Positions 10,727 to 20,331 of a DNA stretch of 64,000 bases are shown here, one piece after another. The translations under genes were made by a program, and so were the position numbers. Origin of the DNA: Candidatus Woesearchaeota archaeon (GTDB lineage: Archaea; Nanobdellota; Nanobdellia; Woesearchaeales; ARS49). Numbering within the stretch: the first letter of the stretch is position 1; every line of letters starts with the position of its first letter. The notes under the pieces were generated by a model. It was not told the origin of the DNA. It searched no databases and was given only the letters and a program-made list of their open reading frames with translations. Where the stretch lies: positions 1,260-65,259 of the forward strand of contig JAFCDQ010000002.1 of the NCBI GenBank assembly GCA_017609645.1. The letters are read 5' to 3'.

Positions 10727-13162
10727 TCAATTTCCGCCAAAACTGGCCAAAGTGCTTTGTTCGCCTTCTTTGCTAACAATCTCCTTAATATTGTAGCCAA
10801 GCACAGCAAAGATGCGGTCAACACCAGGAATTATCTGATGATTAATATAATACTCAGGATCATAATCTTTTTTAGTAATTTCATCAGGAAGTTTTGCTTT
10901 ATCTCTGACTAAACCTTTTCCTTTTGTAACAACAAACTTAATCACCATTCCTGGAAAAACATCCAAACCTTTATTTTTCATCCTTTGAGCAGCAGCAACA
11001 TGAGGACCTTTAGTCTCATACTCCTCAATCTCTTTTGTAAGCTGAGTGTGAATTATAACTTTATCTAAAGGAATCTTATGATCTCTTAAATCATTAATAA
11101 CACTTTTAGTGTAATTCTTAGCTTTTTCAATATTTTTTTCTTTCAAAACAATTTCTAAAATATTTTTCTGCATTTCTTTTGCGATAAAACTCCAATTTCT
11201 TCTAACGCTTTCAAAACCCCTGACTTTAATCTTGTTTTTCTCGTCAAGCATAGCATATTTCTTCTTAGCGCCACCTTCTCCACTTTTTACACTAACAAAA
11301 ATACCTGTCTTGTAAAAACTCTCAAAATCAAGCTCCATAAGTTCTGGAAGTTCTTTATTAATCTCCTCAGCAAACTTCAAAGCATCATCTTTATTCTTAT
11401 CTTTAAGCAGCAAGAAAACACTATCAGTATCAGAATATAAAACAGTAAAATCTTTTTCTTTAGCAGCGTCAATAACTTTATGAATATACTCTCTCGCCCA
11501 AGCAGTTGTGCTTTCAGCACATTCAATACAATACCATCTTGCAGATGAGAAAGCAAGATAACCGTAAAAAGAATTAGCTAACAATTTCAATGCCTGACTT
11601 CTTGCCTTAAGCAAAGGATCCTGCTTTTCTTTCATAATTTCTTTAACCCTTGCCCTTCTTGTAATCAAATCCTCAATAATTCTGCTAAGAAAACCTTTTT
11701 TCTTCTTGCAATACCAAAAAGTTCCTCTTTCTGTCTTAATCTCGTTTTCTCCACGACAACAATCACAATTCAAAGTGCCAATACTCAAATTATGAGAAGC
11801 AATAATAGTAGGATACAAACTTCTAAAATCAAAAACAGAAATATTATCATACAAACCAGGCTTTGGCTCAAAAACAAAAGCACCTTTGATCCTGTCACTT
11901 AATCTTTGCTGCCTAATATAATACCCAGGCTTATTAGGAATAATCTGATTAGCAGATTTAGCTTGTTTAATACAATACCATTCAACAAACTGAGAAAAAC
12001 TCATGCGATTAATATCAAACAAAGACAAACCAATGATTTTAATGAACTCAATCAAATTAGGAAAAATCTTTTCTAATAACCTGTAATTTAAAGCAGCATC
12101 ATGAAGATTATATTTTGCAAATTCACTTAACTTATCATCAGTATCATCCCAATGTTTTGCCAAAGAACTTATATCAACATCAATTTTCTTCTCACCAAGA
12201 AGCTCTTCTGAAACAGCATCTAAAGTGAAAACATCAGTATCTAATGCTGTGCTGAAAACTCTTCTAATAAACCTATAAACATCAATATGAACAATTCCCT
12301 TTATTGAAGATTTAGTTGTTCCTCTTTGATTAATATCTAACTCGCTGAAGTCTAATCCTAAATCAATCTTGAGTTTGTATTTCTTAGCTCTTGTTTTAAT
12401 ATAAGGCAGATCAAAGCCATCCGAATTATAACCAGTAATAATATCTGGCTTGAATTCTTCAATAATTTCTTTAAAACGCTCAATCATATCTGCTTCACTC
12501 TGCACAAATTCAACATAAGGCTCATTTGTCTTGAATCTTTTCCAGGTAAGGACTTTTTTGTAACCTTCTGAATAAAGAGCAATCATAATCATAGGATACT
12601 TCTCCATATCAATATGCCTGCCCAGAGGATTATAAACCTCAATATCAATTGAAAGGATTTTTGGCTTAGGCGCTTCTTCAATTTGCTCAATTGTTTTAGC
12701 ATCAAAAACAGGAACTTTACTTTTTTCTATAACTTTTTCACATTCAACCCTGCAAAGATTAAAAGGAATAATATCTTTATCAATCAAATACCTTCTTGCA
12801 AATAAGATATCATATTCATAAACACCCTTAACTTCAGGAATATTTCTTACAATGCTCTTCAAGATAGGAACACCTTTAGGAAGATTTGTGAAAACTTTGT
12901 AAGCTTTAATTGGCTTTTCTTCAAGATTTTTCTTGATTTCTTCAATATTAACAATTCTTAAGATTTCATTATTTTTCTGAGTTTCAACCTCTTTGATTTT
13001 CTCCAAAGCAGATGGTTCGCAAACAACAATAAAATAAGGCTGAAAATTCTTGTCCCTAATACATACCTGCTCTCCTGATTTAGTCCTGCCATATAAATAG
13101 ATAATAGCTTTGCCAGCTACTTCTTTATACGTAATATCCAAAGGAAAAAATTCTATCAGCAT
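10727..13162 (-). CDS. polB: Family B DNA polymerase
   Basis: ExoI DIE, ExoII GYNSDGFDLPY, ExoIII YNLHD; polymerase motifs DFRSLYPTII, KLLANSFYGY, YSDTDS. Confidence 0.97.
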   Translation of the reverse strand: MLIEFFPLDITYKEVAGKAIIYLYGRTKSGEQVCIRDKNFQPYFIVVCEPSALEKIKEVETQKNNEILRIVNIEEIKKNLEEKPIKAYKVFTNLPKGVPILKSIVRNIPEVKGVYEYDILFARRYLIDKDIIPFNLCRVECEKVIEKSKVPVFDAKTIEQIEEAPKPKILSIDIEVYNPLGRHIDMEKYPMIMIALYSEGYKKVLTWKRFKTNEPYVEFVQSEADMIERFKEIIEEFKPDIITGYNSDGFDLPYIKTRAKKYKLKIDLGLDFSELDINQRGTTKSSIKGIVHIDVYRFIRRVFSTALDTDVFTLDAVSEELLGEKKIDVDISSLAKHWDDTDDKLSEFAKYNLHDAALNYRLLEKIFPNLIEFIKIIGLSLFDINRMSFSQFVEWYCIKQAKSANQIIPNKPGYYIRQQRLSDRIKGAFVFEPKPGLYDNISVFDFRSLYPTIIASHNLSIGTLNCDCCRGENEIKTERGTFWYCKKKKGFLSRIIEDLITRRARVKEIMKEKQDPLLKARSQALKLLANSFYGYLAFSSARWYCIECAESTTAWAREYIHKVIDAAKEKDFTVLYSDTDSVFLLLKDKNKDDALKFAEEINKELPELMELDFESFYKTGIFVSVKSGEGGAKKKYAMLDEKNKIKVRGFESVRRNWSFIAKEMQKNILEIVLKEKNIEKAKNYTKSVINDLRDHKIPLDKVIIHTQLTKEIEEYETKGPHVAAAQRMKNKGLDVFPGMVIKFVVTKGKGLVRDKAKLPDEITKKDYDPEYYINHQIIPGVDRIFAVLGYNIKEIVSKEGEQSTLASFGGN

Positions 13163-13296
13163 ATTCGGCGTAACTATTCTCTAGTATAAAAAAGTTGTTT
13201 TAAGAATCTAGTGTCTTTTCTACTTCAAAGTATTCAAACAAAATATATAAATGATTACCATTTCTATTGTTATTGCGTCTAAAAAAGGGGAATATT

Positions 13297-13428
13297 TTGG
13301 AAGATAATACTAAATTAGTCAAGAGATGTCCTAAATGCGGTGAAATATCACTAGAAATTAACTTAAAAAAAGGAATAGTAAGATGCACAAAATGCGGGTA
13401 TGAGGTAAAACTAGCAAAATGGAAATGA
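13297..13428 (+). CDS. Small zinc-ribbon protein (43 aa)
   Basis: TTG start after a G-rich SD. MEDNTKLVKRCPKCGEISLEINLKKGIVRCTKCGYEVKLAKWK has two CxxC motifs. Its stop overlaps the NYN ATG (ATGA). Confidence 0.75.
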   Translation: MEDNTKLVKRCPKCGEISLEINLKKGIVRCTKCGYEVKLAKWK

Positions 13429-13952
13429 CAAAATCAAAAGCACAAAGAGTCAGCGTATTTGTTGATGTACAAAACCTATATTATTCAGCAAGAGCTTTAC
13501 ACAATGCAAGAGTAAATTTCAAAAATGTACTGCAAGACGCAGTAGTAGGCAGATTATTGATAAGAGCAAGCGCATATGTAATAAGAACTGAAGAAATGAA
13601 AAGAGAGCCATTCTTTGAAGCATTAAATAAAATGGGATATGAAATAAAAGCAAAAGACCTGCAAATATTTGCAGGAGGCGCAAAAAAAGGAGATTGGGAC
13701 GTAGGAATTGCAATGGATGCAATAGAACAGGCGCCAAAGATAGATACTATTGTATTAATCAGCGGAGATGGCGACTTTGTTCCCCTTGTTGAACATTTAA
13801 GAAGAGCTATGGGCTGCAGAGTAGAAGTCATGGCATTTGAAAAAAGCACAAATAAACAATTAAAAGAGACAGCAGATTCTTTTATTGACTTAGGAAAAAA
13901 TACCAAAAGATACTTAATCAAAAAAACAGTAAAAAAGGTGAGCAAAAAATGA
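13425..13952 (+). CDS. NYN domain protein (LabA/DUF88 PIN-like nuclease)
   Basis: FVDVQNLY, KGDWDVGIAMD, ISGDGDFVPLV motifs. Confidence 0.92.
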   Translation: MTKSKAQRVSVFVDVQNLYYSARALHNARVNFKNVLQDAVVGRLLIRASAYVIRTEEMKREPFFEALNKMGYEIKAKDLQIFAGGAKKGDWDVGIAMDAIEQAPKIDTIVLISGDGDFVPLVEHLRRAMGCRVEVMAFEKSTNKQLKETADSFIDLGKNTKRYLIKKTVKKVSKK

Positions 13953-14263
13953 TAGAAGTAAAGCAAGATGAATTTGACGAAAAAGTGCTGAAAAGCAAAA
14001 AACCAGTATTAGTTGATTTCTGGGCTCCATGGTGCGGACCATGCCAAATGCTAGGACCAATCTTAGATAAAGTTGAAAAAGAATTCAAAGGCAAATTAAA
14101 ATTCATGAAACTAAATGTAGAAGAAGCTCCAACAGTAGGGCAAGAATTTGGAATAATGAGCATACCCTGCATGATAATCTTCAAAAATGGAGAAGAAGAA
14201 GGACGAATCGCAGGATTAATTCCAGAAGATTTATTGAAGAAAAGAATAAAAGAAATAATATGA
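13949..14263 (+). CDS. trxA: Thioredoxin
   Basis: VDFWAPWCGPC active site and SIP cis-Pro loop. Confidence 0.95.
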   Translation: MIEVKQDEFDEKVLKSKKPVLVDFWAPWCGPCQMLGPILDKVEKEFKGKLKFMKLNVEEAPTVGQEFGIMSIPCMIIFKNGEEEGRIAGLIPEDLLKKRIKEII

Positions 14264-14883
14264 TAGTTGTAAATTTCAAAACTTACAAAAAAGGAACAGG
14301 CAAAGAAGGTTTGAAATTAGCAAAAATTTGTTCTAAACTTTCTAAAAGAATTTATTTAGCAGTGCAGGAAAGTGATATTCGTCTGATCTCAAAAGTTAAA
14401 GGAGTTAGTGTTCTTGCACAGCACATAGACGCTGTCGAGTATGGAGCACATACTGGTTCTATTTTAGCTGAAGATGTTAAGAAAGCAGGTGGTCGCGGGA
14501 GTTTGTTAAATCATTCTGAAAAAAGAATTCCGTTTAATAAAATTAAGTTTTGTGTTAAAAAATTAAGAAAATTAAAAATGAAAAGCATAGTTTGTGTCAA
14601 AAGTGTTTTAGAAGCAAAAAAAGTTGCTAAATTAAAACCAGATTATATTGCATATGAACCATCTTCATTAATAGGCGGGAAGATTTCTGTTAGTTCTGCA
14701 AAACCAGATGTAATAAAGAAAGTTGTTAAGGCTGTTAGAATTCCTGTATTAGTTGGAGCAGGAGTACATACAAAAGAAGATGTTTTAATTGCAAAGAAAT
14801 TAGGCGCAAAAGGAATATTAGTGAGTTCTGCTGTTGTAAAGGCAAAGAATCCTGGGAAAGTTTTGAGAGAATTAATAAAATAA
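14260..14883 (+). CDS. tpiA: Triosephosphate isomerase, archaeal type
   Basis: VNFKTY, AQH, LLNHSE, AYEP, VGAGV motifs. Confidence 0.95.
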   Translation: MIVVNFKTYKKGTGKEGLKLAKICSKLSKRIYLAVQESDIRLISKVKGVSVLAQHIDAVEYGAHTGSILAEDVKKAGGRGSLLNHSEKRIPFNKIKFCVKKLRKLKMKSIVCVKSVLEAKKVAKLKPDYIAYEPSSLIGGKISVSSAKPDVIKKVVKAVRIPVLVGAGVHTKEDVLIAKKLGAKGILVSSAVVKAKNPGKVLRELIK

Positions 14884-15006
14884 TTTCTTAATTCATCATT
14901 TTCTAAAAATAATTTATTTTGACTGGGAAAAACTTCTAATTCTGTTGAAAGATTTTCAATTTTAAAAAGTAAATCACATAAAGGATAAAAATAAAGAAAT
15001 ATATGT

Positions 15007-15112
15007 GCCTGTGTCGCTCAACTGGTAGAGCGGTGGACTCAAGGTCCTTTCAGTGGGAAATCCACTGACTGTCTGCCCGGCAGTCTTCAGGGTTCGAATC
15101 CCTGCACAGGCG
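15007..15112 (+). tRNA. tRNA with CAA anticodon (nominal Leu) but Ser-like body; 16-nt intron at 37/38 (15044-15059)
   Basis: Cloverleaf: acceptor GCCTGTG/CACAGGC, D stem GCTC/GAGC, anticodon stem GTGGA/TCCAC, 7-bp variable arm, T arm CAGGG-TTCGAAT-CCCTG. BHB central helix CTCA/TGGG. Discriminator is G. Confidence 0.9.
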
Positions 15113-15219
15113 ACATAAATATCTTTAATTATAAAAAACTTCTGACTTCTTTTTTAACCACTTTTGCGTGAGTAAAAAATAGAAAAGTTTATAAATAAAT
15201 GATTCTTATCATAATTAAA

Positions 15220-16149
15220 ATGGAAGAATTAGAAATATTACTAGAAAAAGAACAAGGTGAATTAGCTTATGCTGATTTTGATTATCTAAAAGAAATTTCA
15301 ATAAAAGCTGCTATGCAGATTTACTTTAACGCAAGCAGAGAACAAAGAAAAAAAGAAGATATTTCAGGATTCTGCGGACCTTATTATTTTGAAATGAGAT
15401 TTTCTCAAGATGAAAATGATGAAAAAGATTATATTGTATTTGGCTTTGGCACACTTAAAGACCAAAATTTTATTGAATCAGAACTAACTGATTTAGTAAT
15501 AAATGGGAATTTTTTCAGAAAGAAAAAAGAAAATACTCTCTCACGAAAACCCGCTTCTTATTATATTTTTAAAACACCAATTGAAAATGACATCCAAGAA
15601 AATACAATTAATATATTCAGAATACTAAAAAATGTATTAGATTATAGAGGATTAGACACAGTCACCGAAGTGCGACCTTCTAAGGAGTTATCTAAAAATA
15701 TAGATGAAAAAGAAGAAAATAATGAAACGCCAGAAGATAATGGAACACCAAATTATCAAAGTATAATTGAAGAAATTGCTAAAGATCTTCCAAAATTATT
15801 TCCTGAGAAAAAAGGAATGGACTATGATGAAAAATTAGAAAAACAATATGGAGATTATTTTTTCAGCATAATCAGAAGCAAAGGGAAAAGACTAACCATA
15901 GGCGGTTCTAAAGATTTTGGATATGCTTTTGGTGTTGGACCAAAAGAACACTTTTATGAAATTAAAGAAGCAACAAATGAATTTGCATTTTTTGATAAAT
16001 GTAGAGAAAACAATAAAACAAGAGAATTTAGCAAAGGTTATGTGCATTTAGTCAGAAAAGGCGGATCATTTTTCGCAGATGCTAGAGACTATATAATTGA
16101 AGATCTTACAAAAATATTAAAAAAGAATTCTTTAAAGAAAAAGAACTAA
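15220..16149 (+). CDS. Hypothetical protein
   Basis: Long ORF. ATG at 15220 lies about 25 nt after a TTTATAAA box. Confidence 0.65.
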   Translation: MEELEILLEKEQGELAYADFDYLKEISIKAAMQIYFNASREQRKKEDISGFCGPYYFEMRFSQDENDEKDYIVFGFGTLKDQNFIESELTDLVINGNFFRKKKENTLSRKPASYYIFKTPIENDIQENTINIFRILKNVLDYRGLDTVTEVRPSKELSKNIDEKEENNETPEDNGTPNYQSIIEEIAKDLPKLFPEKKGMDYDEKLEKQYGDYFFSIIRSKGKRLTIGGSKDFGYAFGVGPKEHFYEIKEATNEFAFFDKCRENNKTREFSKGYVHLVRKGGSFFADARDYIIEDLTKILKKNSLKKKN

Positions 16150-16739
16150 ACAACCTGAACAACAACTTGATAAATTCTCTTTGTGTACATACTGTCTATA
16201 TTATCTTTAGTGCACTCATCTGGCTGTTCGTCTGCAAAGATACAAACATTAAACACATAATCTCCTTTCTCAGCAATTCCTGCGCCTGTATCAGCATAAG
16301 CAACAATAGTCACAGGAACAAGCTTATATTCATATTTTTTCAAATAAAAAGAAGGCAAAGTTTTGAAATTGCCAAGCCAATTTCTCTCTAATAACTCTTT
16401 ATCAAAAGTCATGGGTTCGCCGTCAGGATAATAAGCACCATCAAAACTAAGCACAGCACTAAAATCACGTTCATCATAAATATTTTTCACGCCCATTCCA
16501 AACGTAACAGCATCTCCCATTTTTGTTTTGCGAACATTAAAAGGAATAGAAACAAGCTCATTTGTACGCATCATAGCAGATTCAATCTGAGATTTAGTTT
16601 TCAAGTCAATTTGAGACTTAATTTCTTCTGCTCCTCCAAAAATCTTGAAAACAATACTTAAAGCAAAAATAAAAACAAGAACTCCAAGAATAATCAAAAC
16701 AATAGTTCCGACAGCAACTTCAAAACCTTTCTTGTTCAT
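16146..16739 (-). CDS. Archaeal type IV pilin-like protein (class III signal peptide)
   Basis: MNKKG/FEVAVGTIVLIILGV: KKG cleavage site followed by a hydrophobic helix. Confidence 0.8.
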   Translation of the reverse strand: MNKKGFEVAVGTIVLIILGVLVFIFALSIVFKIFGGAEEIKSQIDLKTKSQIESAMMRTNELVSIPFNVRKTKMGDAVTFGMGVKNIYDERDFSAVLSFDGAYYPDGEPMTFDKELLERNWLGNFKTLPSFYLKKYEYKLVPVTIVAYADTGAGIAEKGDYVFNVCIFADEQPDECTKDNIDSMYTKRIYQVVVQVV

Positions 16740-16963
16740 CTTATCCGCTCAAACTCTTTGATAAGAATCCATGCAAACACAACCATCACTAATGACCCTG
16801 CGAGAATAAACCAAAAACCACTGTTAAAACTCTTTGTGATGCTGAAATAAATACCAATCAACAAAAGCAAAGTTGCAAGCCAAAGAAACTTGTCAAAAAC
16901 AAGTTTCATAACTTCAAACTCTTCTGAATGAGTTAAAGTCCTTTTCTTCGGTTTTCTTGCCAT
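16736..16963 (-). CDS. Small 2-TM membrane protein
   Basis: 75 aa with two hydrophobic helices; coupled to its neighbours. Confidence 0.75.
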   Translation of the reverse strand: MARKPKKRTLTHSEEFEVMKLVFDKFLWLATLLLLIGIYFSITKSFNSGFWFILAGSLVMVVFAWILIKEFERIR

Positions 16964-16964
16964 T

Positions 16965-17588
16965 TTATTTTACAGATACGGTAAATGATTTACTTGCATA
17001 AGGTCTTTCAGTAGGTCCTTCTTGATTACTACAGTCATTTTTATTTACATCATTGTAAACATTAATCTCCATTGAATACCTATCTGGCTGAGCTTCTCTA
17101 ACAAGCATAGTTGCAGGGAAAACTTCTGCATCAAAATTCTTAACATCAAATTCAGACAATAAACTAGAGAACCAATTATATGTCATTTCTTCACCGCCAG
17201 GAATTCCGCCGCCAACAAGAACATTCTGAGCCTCGCCAGGACAGCTGTTTTCAGGATTAAAAGCTCTTAAACAACGCACCTCAATCCAGAAACAAACTCT
17301 ATCCCCTCCTGCTGCATTCCTCAGCGTATTCTTAACACCAATCAGCAGATCTTGAGGTTTACCAATGTTAACTTCTGTTTCAGGCATATTCCAAACAAGC
17401 AGTTCACCAGAAGTTCTGATATCTTCTTTCATCTGTTCTTTAATCTCTGTTAACTTTCCGCCAACAAGCTCTGTACCTGTAGTAAATTGTTTCTTAATAA
17501 AACCAATTCCTAATCCCAGAATTGTAATAGCAATAATTAGAATCACAATAGCAGTAATAGACAGCTCTAAAGCTCCTTTTTTACTCAT
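16965..17588 (-). CDS. Archaeal type IV pilin-like protein (class III signal peptide)
   Basis: MSKKG/ALELSITAIVILIIAI after SD GAGGTG; similar layout to 16146-16739. Confidence 0.8.
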   Translation of the reverse strand: MSKKGALELSITAIVILIIAITILGLGIGFIKKQFTTGTELVGGKLTEIKEQMKEDIRTSGELLVWNMPETEVNIGKPQDLLIGVKNTLRNAAGGDRVCFWIEVRCLRAFNPENSCPGEAQNVLVGGGIPGGEEMTYNWFSSLLSEFDVKNFDAEVFPATMLVREAQPDRYSMEINVYNDVNKNDCSNQEGPTERPYASKSFTVSVK

Positions 17589-17634
17589 GATTACACCTCT
17601 TTTTGTTTTCTTCAAAAAGAGACCAGAGAAAATT

Positions 17635-17877
17635 TCATTTTCTCGCTGCCTCTTTTAATACGTTATTCTCTTGTTTAATTTTCTCATTTATAAAGGTTTC
17701 TTCACTTTCAGGCGGTTCGAACTCACTAAACAAATCACTAAAATCAGGCTCTAACTCAGGCTGCTTAATTGCCTGCGCAATACTATGATCCGGCTTGAAA
17801 GCAACAATCATCAATAAACCTAGAACAATACTAATAAAAACTAACCACGTCATAAATTTTTTATCTGAAATCTTCAT
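17635..17877 (-). CDS. Small membrane-anchored protein
   Basis: N-terminal TM and acidic tail. Confidence 0.6.
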   Translation of the reverse strand: MKISDKKFMTWLVFISIVLGLLMIVAFKPDHSIAQAIKQPELEPDFSDLFSEFEPPESEETFINEKIKQENNVLKEAARK

Positions 17878-18056
17878 TTTCTATAAGGCTTCTTAATAAT
17901 AATAACTCCTGCAATAACAACACAAAGTAAACCATAAAAAATCAAAAGCCAAGGCTCATTTTTTGTGAATGTTGTCAACCAATTATAAATCGCAGGAACC
18001 ATCAGCACTATTCCGGCAATTAACAAAAGCCAAGCACTTGTTTTGAGTAATTCCAT
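17874..18056 (-). CDS. Small 2-TM membrane protein
   Basis: 60 aa with two hydrophobic helices; ATGA overlap with the next gene. Confidence 0.65.
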   Translation of the reverse strand: MELLKTSAWLLLIAGIVLMVPAIYNWLTTFTKNEPWLLIFYGLLCVVIAGVIIIKKPYRK

Positions 18057-18133
18057 AAGAGAAAGATAGATTCAGACCTTTTTATTAGTTTGTAAGTACT
18101 TGACGTATTTCTTCAAGTTCTTTGACATATTTT

Positions 18134-19099
18134 TCATCTTAACATTTGTTCTAATCCTTGTCGTCCTCTTTTAAGCCAGTATTCATTTTCTTCTGTAGTG
18201 TTATTTTGTGCTCCTTTTTCATAGCTTGAGCATAGAACATGCATGGCATGTGCTATCTTTATGTATATTGGTAAAGCTTTTAATTCTCTATCAGTCAACT
18301 GAATTCTTTTTTGATATTCTTCTAAACCTACATCGAGATTTCTTTGGCTTTCAGTTTGGCTTTCAGCATTAAATAATACATCAGAGGCTAATACTGCCAA
18401 TTCCTGAATACGTGGATAATAGTTTGATACTGCAAAATCTATTATCCAAAGTTTGTCATTTTCATCTTTCATCAAATTTGTACTTATGATATCGCCATGT
18501 ACAAAAGAATGAGGCAATTCGTGAATTTTAAGTTTATCAAATTCTTCTAATAAGGGGCGTATTACTTTCTCGTCTTCTGGCGAAAGGTATTTGCTTTTCT
18601 TTTGAAATTCAGCAGGAAAATTTGTTATGGCCCAACTATCATATACTGGCTTAGGTTTAATGTCAATTGAATTTATCAATGAAGCTTGGCTTGCTATGTA
18701 TCTGATTTCATCACGGTTAGGATATTCTCCCCGTCCATAGAAAGTATTTCCATCAACAAATTCCATAACACATAATCTTAATTTCGTATGGTTTACTTCT
18801 AAAGTATGAAGATGGCCTTGTTTAGACTTTAATAGTGAAGGAGTCGCAACTCCTGCTTCCTTTGCCCTTTCCATAACATCTACATATCTTTTACAATCAT
18901 TTAAGTCTCTAAAATTCGAGAACACCTTCACAAAATACTTGCCATTGCTTGTTTGTAAACAAAAATTGAAGTCTTCATAACCAAGAGTTATTAAATCATT
19001 TGATAAAAAGTTTCCAAGACTGAAATCCTTGCAAATAACAGAGGATACATCATCTAACTTACCTTTATATCCTATCCGACGCTTATAATGTTCTTCCAT
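18134..19099 (-). CDS. APH/homoserine kinase type II family phosphotransferase
   Basis: GYEDFNF, YFVKVF, HGDIISTN, IIDF motifs. Start moved to MEEHY, about 25 nt after the TATA box. Confidence 0.85.
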   Translation of the reverse strand: MEEHYKRRIGYKGKLDDVSSVICKDFSLGNFLSNDLITLGYEDFNFCLQTSNGKYFVKVFSNFRDLNDCKRYVDVMERAKEAGVATPSLLKSKQGHLHTLEVNHTKLRLCVMEFVDGNTFYGRGEYPNRDEIRYIASQASLINSIDIKPKPVYDSWAITNFPAEFQKKSKYLSPEDEKVIRPLLEEFDKLKIHELPHSFVHGDIISTNLMKDENDKLWIIDFAVSNYYPRIQELAVLASDVLFNAESQTESQRNLDVGLEEYQKRIQLTDRELKALPIYIKIAHAMHVLCSSYEKGAQNNTTEENEYWLKRGRQGLEQMLR

Positions 19100-19216
19100 G
19101 CCCGTCATCCATATTCTCCAGTATATAAATTTAAGGCCTGACCATAGGACATTTTCTGTTTTAAACTGAAAAAGGAAGAAAACTTTATAAAGCAAAAGCT
19201 GAAAATTAATCTAATC

Positions 19217-19747
19217 ATGGCAAGAATCAGAAAATTTGTGGCATATAGAAGAATTGATAAAAAACCTTATACTCGATATTCAAAATATAAGAAATACTCT
19301 TTCATCAAAGCAAAGCCACATTGCAGAGTAGCAAGATTCAACACAGGAGATCCTAAAAAAAAGTTTGAGCTTGTTCTGCATTTACTTACAAAAGATAATG
19401 TTCAAATCAGAGATAATGCCTTAGAGGCAGCAAGAATCAGCTGCAATAGAACAATGGAAAAAGACCTTGGAAAAGGCGGCTTTTACCTAACAATGAGAGT
19501 TTATCCACATCATATTCTAAGAGAAAATCCATTAGCAGCAGGCGCAGGAGCAGATAGATTAAGTACAGGAATGGCGCACTCATTTGGAAAACCAATAGGA
19601 ATAGCAGTCAGAGCAAAACAAGGACAACCAATATTCTCATTAAGAACAGATAAAGTAAATACAAGATTAGCAAAAAGATCTCTAAAAAAAGCTAGTCAAA
19701 AACTGCCATGTAAATGCAGCATCAGTATTGAACCTTATGCTATCTAA
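19217..19747 (+). CDS. rpl10e: 50S ribosomal protein L10e (uL16)
   Basis: ALEAARI, RVYPHHILREN, GAGADRLSTGM motifs. Confidence 0.97.
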   Translation: MARIRKFVAYRRIDKKPYTRYSKYKKYSFIKAKPHCRVARFNTGDPKKKFELVLHLLTKDNVQIRDNALEAARISCNRTMEKDLGKGGFYLTMRVYPHHILRENPLAAGAGADRLSTGMAHSFGKPIGIAVRAKQGQPIFSLRTDKVNTRLAKRSLKKASQKLPCKCSISIEPYAI

Positions 19748-20021
19748 CTTTTTTGTAAATCCAACCAATTACTAAACCTAGCACTGCTCCGGATATAACT
19801 CCCCATACTAATCCTATAACAGCTCCTAAAATAGTAGGCGCTATTCCTGGATAAAAAGCAGCTAATGTTGCCAAAGAACGGTTGTTCCACCACAATACAT
19901 TAAATCCTAAAGCAGGAATTAATGCTGCAAGAAACAAATATGCACCGCAAATAATAGCAAAGGTCTTAGCTAATGGCCGTGGTTTAATACATAATTCAGT
20001 CTTCTTTTTTTTCTTTGCCAT
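19740..20021 (-). CDS. Small membrane protein
   Basis: Two Gly-rich TM helices with a YPG motif between them. Confidence 0.7.
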   Translation of the reverse strand: MAKKKKKTELCIKPRPLAKTFAIICGAYLFLAALIPALGFNVLWWNNRSLATLAAFYPGIAPTILGAVIGLVWGVISGAVLGLVIGWIYKKVR

Positions 20022-20135
20022 GAAAATATATTAGTTCTTTTATTATATATATTCATGGTATGAATTATCGTATTTTGACAAAACTTTTATATAAGACTTA
20101 AAGAAATTAATTTTAGAACTAAACGAGGTGTTAAA

Positions 20136-20312
20136 ATGGTCGAAGATAAATGCATATTAGGAATAAGAGAAGTAGAGAACTCTTTGAGAGATATGATGAA
20201 CTGGATTGCAGTATTTGCACAAGAATACAGCATACCAGAAGAAGCTGTAACAAAATTAAGAGAAAAAATAGAAGAAATAGCAAAAAAAGCAGGAGATATT
20301 CCTTGCCAATAA
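20136..20312 (+). CDS. Small helical protein (58 aa), not in the ORF track
   Basis: SD GAGGTG, then MVEDKCILGIREVENSLRDMMNWIAVFAQEYSIPEEAVTKLREKIEEIAKKAGDIPCQ. Confidence 0.7.
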   Translation: MVEDKCILGIREVENSLRDMMNWIAVFAQEYSIPEEAVTKLREKIEEIAKKAGDIPCQ

Positions 20313-20331
20313 ATTTATTTTTTTAATTAAA

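Noticed and set aside
10727-13162. Intein or inactivation in PolB
   Set aside because: Normal length with all exonuclease and polymerase motifs contiguous.
18115-18128. AAGTTCTTTGACAT shared with 30638-30651 (boxA-like)
   Set aside because: A 14-mer match in AT-rich DNA is plausible by chance, and there is no rRNA operon context.
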